Of a DNA stretch of 20,000 nucleotides, positions 7,023-13,933 are shown piece after piece (position 1 is the first letter of the stretch; each line of letters starts with the position of its first letter). Under the pieces are notes generated by a model that searched no databases, was not told where the DNA came from, and saw nothing but the letters and a program-made list of their open reading frames with translations. The DNA is taken from the IMG/VR virus record IMGVR_UViG_3300044267_003392. One strand, written 5' to 3'. This stretch comes from an uncultured virus (IMG/VR IMGVR_UViG_3300044267_003392). Its lineage: Duplodnaviria > Heunggongvirae > Uroviricota > Caudoviricetes. Both the position numbers and the translations under genes were made by a program.

Positions 7023-7126
7023 AACCCTATCATGTATAAAAATATTTTATACACCCATATCAATAAATAAAAAGCAACATACAATTTTATAGGTATTAAT
7101 AAAAACCAAAATAATGTCCAGGTCAT
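7019..7126 (-). CDS. Small membrane peptide MTWTLFWFLLIPIKLYVAFYLLIWVYKIFLYMIGL (35 aa)
   Basis: ATGA overlaps at both ends. Confidence 0.7.
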   Translation of the reverse strand: MTWTLFWFLLIPIKLYVAFYLLIWVYKIFLYMIGL

Positions 7127-7362
7127 GTGCGTATCGCTATGTATTCATAATCAAAGTCAGCGTGTTTCTTTTGCACTAATAATAACAAACCATTATCTGC
7201 CATAGAATAAACTGTGCTGCCTAATTTTTTTACGCGATCACGATCATTTGTTGGCGCTATTGGCTGTAGAAAAGGATCACATAAGTAACCGCGGTAATAT
7301 GTTATCTTATCACCTTTGTTAGATTTATTTAACCAGGTGTGTATTGCTTTTTGACTCATCAT
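7123..7362 (-). CDS. Hypothetical phage protein (79 aa)
   Basis: First ORF of the leftward operon (ITYYRGYL...LVQKK...YEYIA). Confidence 0.8.
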   Translation of the reverse strand: MMSQKAIHTWLNKSNKGDKITYYRGYLCDPFLQPIAPTNDRDRVKKLGSTVYSMADNGLLLLVQKKHADFDYEYIAIRT

Positions 7363-7375
7363 AATAATTTCTTTT

Positions 7376-7560
7376 TGAGTAGGGGGGTTCTTTGACTACC
7401 CCCAACCTTTTCCCGTCCAGTCAACATTTCCTATGCTAACAAGTACTTCAGTACCAACCCTCACACCCTCAGTCATTCGACCATACCTTGTGAGAGCCGT
7501 GCCTTACAACCTGGAGACTGTTGTTCAGCCATACTCGGAGAATGTTGCACCATCCTCATT
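7376..7560 (-). ncRNA. Candidate ~185-nt multi-stem structured RNA or 5' leader
   Basis: Starts just after promoter 7568-7596; at least six nested stems, several with G-U pairs that only work on the minus strand; no credible ORF. Confidence 0.65.
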
Positions 7561-7567
7561 TACGTGT

Positions 7568-7596
7568 ATTATACCATTTTTACCAAAACATTACAA
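7568..7596 (-). promoter_or_regulatory. Leftward sigma70-type promoter
   Basis: TTGTAA-17 nt-TATAAT with an extended -10 TG. Confidence 0.75.
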
Positions 7597-7643
7597 GAAC
7601 ATTATTTCGCAGATTTCTGCGGCAAATCGTGTCAAGAAAAAAC

Positions 7644-7678
7644 TTTACTTGTCACGCCTTGTAACATATAACTAAATT
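7644..7678 (+). promoter_or_regulatory. Possible rightward promoter for the plus-strand cassette
   Basis: TTTACT-17-TATAAC or TTGTCA-18-TAAATT at the point of divergence. Confidence 0.45.
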
Positions 7679-7753
7679 CTCAACTTCATTTCACCCAGTG
7701 GACTCTATACTGCTCATTCGAGCAGTGAGGGTCCCATTAACAAAGAGAACAAT

Positions 7754-7846
7754 ATGGCAACAAGAATCAGAAATATCTGGTATAAATTTAAAAAATGGTT
7801 ACACTACCACCCTGAAAAAACTTATTTCAGGGGACATCGTGATTAA
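7754..7846 (+). CDS. Small protein MATRIRNIWYKFKKWLHYHPEKTYFRGHRD (30 aa)
   Basis: Hand translation; AAAGAG leader; overlaps the next start codon. Confidence 0.6.
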   Translation: MATRIRNIWYKFKKWLHYHPEKTYFRGHRD

Positions 7847-8081
7847 AATATGGTTTATGCTGATACTAATGTCAGCACCAAATTTACCTTCAGTAAAATA
7901 TAACGGAATATTATATACAACTGAAGAAGAATGCTTAAATGCACAGGTAGAATTTTTAAATTTGTATGAAGCTAGACCTCAAGTATACAAAGATTCAGTT
8001 ACCGTTGATGCATTTTGTTTGCCTTTTGAAGCGTTTCCTATACAAGGTATGAACTACGACAAGTCATCATTTAAGACATAA
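7839..8081 (+). CDS. Small putative exported protein with two Cys (80 aa)
   Basis: GTG start at 7839 after AGGGGA gives a hydrophobic N-terminus MIKIWFMLILMSAP; EEECL and AFCLP. Preferred over the 7698 start in the ORF track. Confidence 0.7.
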   Translation: MIKIWFMLILMSAPNLPSVKYNGILYTTEEECLNAQVEFLNLYEARPQVYKDSVTVDAFCLPFEAFPIQGMNYDKSSFKT

Positions 8082-8101
8082 AATTTTCTTCTGGAGGAGA
8101 A

Positions 8102-8863
8102 ATGAAAAACAACATAATATTATTAGTATTACTAACTTTTATACTTAGTGTAAGCACTGTGTCATTTGCCAACGACACAAATTCACAGACAAATACTTCT
8201 GGTTCCAATACAAATATTACGGGTGGATACACGGCTACCACAACAAACAATAACGACGGACAAACAAACACAACTACGTCAACAACAACGAATTCAACAA
8301 CATCTAACGCATCAGATATACCACCACCATCTGCTAACTCACCATCTTACTCGTCCATGAGCCAAGATGTGTGCTCCATGGGTATTAGTGGATCTGTTTC
8401 TACTGGTGTTTTTGGTTTATCGGGGGGCAAACATGTGGTCGATGAAAACTGCGAGCGTATAAAATTAGCCAAGGTCCTTCAAGATTTCGGCATGAAGGTT
8501 GCAAGCGTGGCGGTGCTTTGTCAAGACAAACGTGTATTTGCAGCCATGGAAGCTGCAGGCACACCATGCCCATACTCAGGCCTCATAGGTCCACAGGCCG
8601 CGGAAATGTGGGAAAAATACCCTGAACTTAGACCTGATTACGAAGAACATCTTGCTAAAGAACAAGTAGTCGCTAAAATAAATGCTGAAATTGCAGAAAA
8701 AGAAAGAATAGAGGCAGAGAGAATAGCTGCCGAAGAGGCAGAAGCAGCAAGAATAGAGGCAGAAAGAATTGAACAAGAACTACTTACATTAAAGGAAGAA
8801 AATGAAGTTAACGATATCGAGCCTGTTATTGACCCTGTGCCTGTTAACATGCACGGCGAATAG
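8102..8863 (+). CDS. Putative secreted protein: Thr/Asn/Ser-rich region, Cys-containing domain, coiled-coil tail
   Basis: GGAGG RBS; signal peptide ending SFA-ND; DVCSMG, DENCERIKL, VLCQD and GTPCP motifs. Confidence 0.85.
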   Translation: MKNNIILLVLLTFILSVSTVSFANDTNSQTNTSGSNTNITGGYTATTTNNNDGQTNTTTSTTTNSTTSNASDIPPPSANSPSYSSMSQDVCSMGISGSVSTGVFGLSGGKHVVDENCERIKLAKVLQDFGMKVASVAVLCQDKRVFAAMEAAGTPCPYSGLIGPQAAEMWEKYPELRPDYEEHLAKEQVVAKINAEIAEKERIEAERIAAEEAEAARIEAERIEQELLTLKEENEVNDIEPVIDPVPVNMHGE

Positions 8864-10559
8864 TGTAGAAGTAACTACAGGAAATTTATTACCAAACGCA
8901 AATGATGGTGTAGACTGGGGATCCAGTAGCACAGATCAAATACATTCTGGATCTAGTTCCGGTTACGTTACCAACGGCAGCACTGTAGGTGGATTTGATA
9001 TTACTTGTACTAATCAATCTAACTGTGGATATAAATACAGCGTAGGTGGTGATTTTGAAGTAACAGGTGATACTACAGTATCTGTTGAAGATGTAGGATT
9101 AACAACAAACTCCATAACACAACAAATGTTAGATAATGGTGTAACATTAAATAGTCACATTGACGTTGCAAACTGCGAAAGCACAGAAGGTAATTGTGAA
9201 TCTAAAGGCGGTGCAAATGACACACATACAACCACAATAGTATTAAAAGATTCAAGTGGTAATGTACTAAGTACAACAACACAGACAAGAAACGAAGTTA
9301 CAGGATTCCAAGGTAATTGTAATGGTTATCCGGGCTCAAGTGCCGCTGGCATATCGTCAGCATGTGGGCAGTACACTGACACAGTTACACACAACGATGT
9401 GGGTGCAAACAAGTTTGATTGGTCATGGCGTGGTGTTGACAGTAATTATACTAATCAATCTAGACAAGGACCAAACTTACTTGGTGCAAAGGTTACAATG
9501 ACCTACAACAACACCGAGTACAATCCAATAGACGATGACGCAGCTGATGCAATAGATGACATAGAAGAAAATATACCTGACATACCAGAAGATATATTTG
9601 AAGAACCAGATTTTACATTTGAAGAAGAATATTTTACGTGGGAAGATGATTTTTATTTTGAGGATGATTTTTTTGAAGAAGATTTTACCGTGTATGAAAT
9701 GCCAGAAGAATTTCAAATTATAGAGATGCCAGAAGAATTTGAAGAAATGGCCATGGAAATGCCAGAAGAAATGCCTGACATGGAAATGCCTGCAGACATG
9801 GAAGACGCATTTACAATCATATCAGAAGAAATGCCAGAAATGGAGATGACAGAAGAACCTACTGAAATGGAGATGGAAGAAGAATTTGTGGAAATGGAAA
9901 TGGAGGAAGATAAACCAAACATGGAAGAAGTCAAGGAAGAACCTGCAGAAATGGACATGGCAGAAGAAGAAACTGTTGACATGGAGATGAAAACAGAGGA
10001 AGATACCATGGAAATGCCTGAAGAAGAGGCAGAAGAAATGGAGGTAGCTGAAAATGAAGATACCATGGAAGACCCCAAAGAGGATGAAGAATCTAGCGAA
10101 GGTTCTGAAGAAACACTGGAAGAAGAGTCGGGATCGGAAGAAAGCGTTTCAGAGACTGCTTCGAATGAAGAAAAGACAGTGGGAGACACAGATGTTGCTG
10201 ACAAAGGAGGAATCAAGACTAAGAATATCGAAGTCAGCAAGAATATAAAGATTAAAGACGTGGATGTCGGTGAAATAAAAATAACCGTCAACCCAAAAGA
10301 TATATTTAAGGAGGTCGTTAGCCTAGATTCATACGAAAGTAAGGATTTTTACAAGGATAAGGGCCTCCAATACAAAGTAAATGACGATTTCTTTGACCAA
10401 GCAAGCATGATTCAATACAACAAAGAAATATACACAAATGTTACTTTAATAGCCTACATACAGACAGATCCGGTGACTGTGTACAAACAGGAGCTGGAAG
10501 AATTGGCTATACAAAAAGCTGGAATTATGATAGAATTAAAGCTCTTGAGAGGAGAATAG
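8802..10559 (+). CDS. Putative secreted protein: Cys-paired N-terminal domain plus a long Glu/Asp/Met-rich low-complexity region (585 aa)
   Basis: Signal peptide MKLTISSLLLTLCLLTCTANS; CTNQSNC, CESTEGNC and CNG...ACG; repeated EMPEE/EMEM. Confidence 0.85.
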   Translation: MKLTISSLLLTLCLLTCTANSVEVTTGNLLPNANDGVDWGSSSTDQIHSGSSSGYVTNGSTVGGFDITCTNQSNCGYKYSVGGDFEVTGDTTVSVEDVGLTTNSITQQMLDNGVTLNSHIDVANCESTEGNCESKGGANDTHTTTIVLKDSSGNVLSTTTQTRNEVTGFQGNCNGYPGSSAAGISSACGQYTDTVTHNDVGANKFDWSWRGVDSNYTNQSRQGPNLLGAKVTMTYNNTEYNPIDDDAADAIDDIEENIPDIPEDIFEEPDFTFEEEYFTWEDDFYFEDDFFEEDFTVYEMPEEFQIIEMPEEFEEMAMEMPEEMPDMEMPADMEDAFTIISEEMPEMEMTEEPTEMEMEEEFVEMEMEEDKPNMEEVKEEPAEMDMAEEETVDMEMKTEEDTMEMPEEEAEEMEVAENEDTMEDPKEDEESSEGSEETLEEESGSEESVSETASNEEKTVGDTDVADKGGIKTKNIEVSKNIKIKDVDVGEIKITVNPKDIFKEVVSLDSYESKDFYKDKGLQYKVNDDFFDQASMIQYNKEIYTNVTLIAYIQTDPVTVYKQELEELAIQKAGIMIELKLLRGE

Positions 10560-10560
10560 A

Positions 10561-11085
10561 ATGAAAATTATAGAGAAATTAAGCACATATGCCGCATTAA
10601 TTGGCGTTATAGGGGCCATAGGCGGAGGTTTTTACACCTGGGGCCAGTTTAATACACGTCTTGATGCAATAGAAGCAACACCAGCTGTTGATGTGGGCGC
10701 AATAAATAAAAAAATAAATCAAAATAAAATAGAACTTATAGATCGTATTGATGCAGTAGAGGATAGTATTCCTGAAACACAAGACATGACATGGGTTTTA
10801 AAAGAATTTGTAGCTGTAAGAGAAGAGATGCCAGAACAAGTTGATCTAACATCTGTATTTAAAGAAATTGGTAAAGTTAGAGAGCAAATAGCCATGCTAC
10901 CTGAACCTGCTGATTTGCAACCTATTCTAAACAAACTTCAAATGTTAGAAGAGTATGGTTGGGAAATAGAAGAAGATCTTGAAGAACTTTCTAAACAAAC
11001 TGCAATTGTATCAAAAGAAAACGAATTACAAGACATACAAATTAAAGAAATAAAAAAGAAGGCTGACAATCCTTTAGCTAAGTAA
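10561..11085 (+). CDS. N-terminally anchored coiled-coil membrane protein ending in DNPLAK
   Basis: TM segment YAALIGVIGAIGGGFYTW followed by a heptad-rich remainder; GAGGAG RBS. Confidence 0.85.
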   Translation: MKIIEKLSTYAALIGVIGAIGGGFYTWGQFNTRLDAIEATPAVDVGAINKKINQNKIELIDRIDAVEDSIPETQDMTWVLKEFVAVREEMPEQVDLTSVFKEIGKVREQIAMLPEPADLQPILNKLQMLEEYGWEIEEDLEELSKQTAIVSKENELQDIQIKEIKKKADNPLAK

Positions 11086-11477
11086 TGAAGGTATCTGATA
11101 ACACAGCGATCAGTATGCCTATGAGAAATCTTCTCAGCATACTCGCGGCCGTTGGGATTGGAGTGTATAGTTATTTTGGGATTATTGAACGCCTGAATAA
11201 TATTGAAACAAATGGCAAACTAATGATTGCTGATGTTGATAAAAATACAGAATTTAGAATTAAATGGCCTCGTGGTGAAATGGGCAATTTGCCCGCGGAT
11301 AGTCAACAAGATATGCTTATAGAATTTATGGCAGCTCAAATTGAGGCTATGCAAGAAGAAATGGAAGGTATGATGTCAAATACCGTAAACATAAAAAGAG
11401 CTCAGCAAGACATAGAAAAATTAATTATAGATACAGAAAAACTTGAGGACAAAGTAAGGCAAAATGGAAGTCATTAG
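11085..11477 (+). CDS. Membrane-anchored coiled-coil protein (130 aa)
   Basis: TM segment LLSILAAVGIGVYSYFGII; TAATG coupling. Confidence 0.85.
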   Translation: MKVSDNTAISMPMRNLLSILAAVGIGVYSYFGIIERLNNIETNGKLMIADVDKNTEFRIKWPRGEMGNLPADSQQDMLIEFMAAQIEAMQEEMEGMMSNTVNIKRAQQDIEKLIIDTEKLEDKVRQNGSH

Positions 11478-11769
11478 CGTAATACTCATGTTTGTTTTTG
11501 GTAACATGAATGATCAAAATACTCAAATGACACAATACATTCCTATGAAATCATTATCTTCTTGTATGAAAGAAGTAAGACTAATGAAGAAGAAAAATAC
11601 AGGTTATGATAAGGATGCTTTTTGTGGACCTGGTATTGTACACATAGAAGACGGTGAAGTAATTGCATTATACAATGAAGTGCCAGCTGGTGCCAAAATG
11701 GTTAAAAAAGAAATAGATGCAGCAGCATTTGAAAGATGGTCTCTACGCGCTAAAGCAAAGTGGGACTAA
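11464..11769 (+). CDS. Putative exported protein with two Cys (101 aa)
   Basis: Hydrophobic N-terminus; SSCMK and AFCGP. Confidence 0.8.
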   Translation: MEVISVILMFVFGNMNDQNTQMTQYIPMKSLSSCMKEVRLMKKKNTGYDKDAFCGPGIVHIEDGEVIALYNEVPAGAKMVKKEIDAAAFERWSLRAKAKWD

Positions 11770-11876
11770 AGAATAAAGAAATAATATATAAGACCTAAAA
11801 TTATACTAACGTCCAAAGATAAAGACCATGCAATATAAAGTCTAAACAGCCACTTTATTATTATTTTCTTTGGCAT
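11766..11876 (-). CDS. Small membrane peptide MPKKIIIKWLFRLYIAWSLSLDVSIILGLIYYFFIL (36 aa)
   Basis: Hand translation; fills the convergent gap and overlaps the end of sufE. Confidence 0.5.
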   Translation of the reverse strand: MPKKIIIKWLFRLYIAWSLSLDVSIILGLIYYFFIL

Positions 11877-12264
11877 AAAATTTTACTTTTTTTAACATAC
11901 TGTGCACACCATTGTTTCTTCCTGGTGTTAACAATGAATCAAGATTCATTTTCTCAAACTCTTTTTGATTAAAATCATTAATATCCTGGGCCCTAGATCC
12001 ACTGTACACGTCCGCAATAATACAGACCATGCCTTTGCTAATCAATGCAGCTGAGTCAGCACTAAAATATATTTTATCGTCAACAAAATGTGGTACTAAC
12101 CATGTCTGTGATTGACATCCAGGAATCTCAAATGATTTAACTTTATGATCTTTATTCATGTCTCTAGAATTTTTTCCAAAATCCATAATCCATAAAAATT
12201 TATCTTGATCTGAATCTATATTATTTAGTACTTGCAGATATCTTTCTAATTTTCTTTTTATCAT
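11842..12264 (-). CDS. sufE: SufE family sulfur-acceptor protein (Fe-S metabolism)
   Basis: EIPGCQSQTW (persulfide-carrying Cys), FSADSAALISKG and LTPGRNNG match the SufE/CsdE consensus (GCQSQVW, DSDA.IVKG, LSP.R.NG). Confidence 0.9.
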   Translation of the reverse strand: MIKRKLERYLQVLNNIDSDQDKFLWIMDFGKNSRDMNKDHKVKSFEIPGCQSQTWLVPHFVDDKIYFSADSAALISKGMVCIIADVYSGSRAQDINDFNQKEFEKMNLDSLLTPGRNNGVHSMLKKVKFYAKENNNKVAV

Positions 12265-12376
12265 TCTTAACTTCTTTCATCCAACTTTCTTTAGGTCCAT
12301 AATAATATGCTGTTGTTTCTTCGTACGGATATACTTTTCTTTTTTCTTTGTATGTTTGTAAAATATATTTAGGCAT
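12221..12376 (-). CDS. Hypothetical protein (51 aa, MPKYILQTYKEKRKVYPYEE...)
   Basis: Hand translation; fills the gap between ORF 12369-12689 and sufE. Confidence 0.55.
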   Translation of the reverse strand: MPKYILQTYKEKRKVYPYEETTAYYYGPKESWMKEVKNDKKKIRKISASTK

Positions 12377-12689
12377 TGCATTCCGGTAACATTTTTATAC
12401 ATGAAACAATATTTATTTTATCAACAACAGGTTCTTCGTATTCAATTGGAGGTAAATCTGTAATTTTAATTTCATCATTATTCTTTTTTATGAACGAACA
12501 ACCAGAAACAAGCAAAACAAAGATAAAAAAGTAAAAAACAATAAAAATTGACCATAGAATCACCCGGGTCATTAGTTTAAACCCTGCTAGCGGTGCCTTT
12601 ACGGCCTCTTTTATTTGGCGGAAACCCTTGGTTTTTTTGTCATAGCCCCAAACGGCCATTTCCTCATTTTTTCGCCAATGATTTGTCAT
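12369..12689 (-). CDS. Membrane protein, possible lipoprotein
   Basis: Hydrophobic stretch ending in a lipobox-like LVSG-C. Confidence 0.7.
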   Translation of the reverse strand: MTNHWRKNEEMAVWGYDKKTKGFRQIKEAVKAPLAGFKLMTRVILWSIFIVFYFFIFVLLVSGCSFIKKNNDEIKITDLPPIEYEEPVVDKINIVSCIKMLPECNA

Positions 12690-12861
12690 CTGTCAACTCC
12701 ATTTGATCTATTGTCCAATTGCACTGTTGTATTGCACCTTGTATTTGTCCAACACTTGACTCCATGTTTCTAATTGCTTCTTTACCTTGATTAATTTTAT
12801 CAATAAGATCTTTTCCTTGTTTTTCTAATTCTTTTTTTCTCTCTAATATTTTTTCTTTCAT
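12664..12861 (-). CDS. Small coiled-coil protein (65 aa)
   Basis: Start placed at MKEKIL (12861), after a GGAG RBS and just past the upstream stop. Confidence 0.75.
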   Translation of the reverse strand: MKEKILERKKELEKQGKDLIDKINQGKEAIRNMESSVGQIQGAIQQCNWTIDQMELTDDKSLAKK

Positions 12862-12862
12862 T

Positions 12863-13933
12863 CTATACTCCACATAATCCTTCACACTCATCGGCAAATT
12901 CCTCATCGAATGTTTCGCCAAATAATGAAGCTTGTTTTTTTGGTTCCAAGAAATCTATATCGCGAAGTGGTTTTGCTGATTTGTGCAAAAACAATTCTGA
13001 TGTTGTATTCTTTAAACCATGTCTAATCTTATCATCAACTTCACATGCATCTGCAAAATCTTCCGGATAATTCTTTTGCATGTTTTTCCATTGGTCGTTA
13101 TGATGATAAGGGCACCCTATGCACGATGATTTACCTGGCATAGGGTGTTTTTTAATATCACGATACCACTGAAGACAATCCATACGAGACATCTTCATTT
13201 CTATTAAAGGCCAACGTGATGTTAACCATGGTAGCCTAGCGTTTTTCATACGCATAGCCTCGTCGGTAGATATACCAATCCACTGTTCAACCAACATGCC
13301 TTTCTTAACACGGTGTCGTGGTTTAATACCTAACAACTCTCTAATCTTTTTTTGAATAGGAATAACTTTATAATCATGTGTACACTGACGATAAAGCATT
13401 CCTACTCTTCCACCAGGACGAGCAGCAAACAACGGTGGGTTTGGTACACGTCCAGCAAACGATTTTTCCTCTTCTCTAGACCCTGGTTCTGGGTTCGCTG
13501 CTTTGATAAGATCCTCGCGGATGTTACCTCTTTCCACAGTGATCAGCGGACAAATTGTTATTGCTTTCTTTAAATATTCTACATGTTCATACACAAACTT
13601 AGGTTCCCACCCAGTGTCTGCAAATATCATGTAGTCTGGTTTATGTTTTGTTAATCCTTCTTGCGCCATGAGTGCCAAACAGGAAGACTGTACCCCTGCC
13701 CCGAGTGATAATATGCGCATCGTCGGTTCGCGTTTGTTTCCTTCTTCGTCAAAGTACTCTGGTTCTTTTGTCGCCGCAACTGCTGCCATATTGTTGAGCT
13801 TTTTACGATCAATTTTCGTAGACATTTGTTCAAGTACTTTTCTTCTTTCAAATTCCATCTGCTCCGGATTAATAGCAAAGCTATTCTTTTTATTCTCTAA
13901 TCTTTTTTTCCTTGTTTCTTTATTTATGCTCAC
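12863..13933 (-). CDS. PAPS-reductase-like (adenine nucleotide alpha-hydrolase fold) protein with probable Fe-S cysteines
   Basis: PP-loop-like ILSLGAGVQSS, IFADTGWEP, RQCTHDYK, IGISTDE, KSSCIGCPYH and C-terminal CEGLCGV. Confidence 0.85.
   Translation of the reverse strand: MSINKETRKKRLENKKNSFAINPEQMEFERRKVLEQMSTKIDRKKLNNMAAVAATKEPEYFDEEGNKREPTMRILSLGAGVQSSCLALMAQEGLTKHKPDYMIFADTGWEPKFVYEHVEYLKKAITICPLITVERGNIREDLIKAANPEPGSREEEKSFAGRVPNPPLFAARPGGRVGMLYRQCTHDYKVIPIQKKIRELLGIKPRHRVKKGMLVEQWIGISTDEAMRMKNARLPWLTSRWPLIEMKMSRMDCLQWYRDIKKHPMPGKSSCIGCPYHHNDQWKNMQKNYPEDFADACEVDDKIRHGLKNTTSELFLHKSAKPLRDIDFLEPKKQASLFGETFDEEFADECEGLCGV

Noticed and set aside
7433..7675. 80-aa plus-strand ORF
   Set aside because: It runs antisense across the structured RNA and both divergent promoters and has no RBS.
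8071..10934. Minus-strand and alternative-frame ORFs in the plus-strand cassette, including the Ser/Ile-rich 9713-10291
   Set aside because: Mirror translations of GAA/ATG-rich coding sequence.
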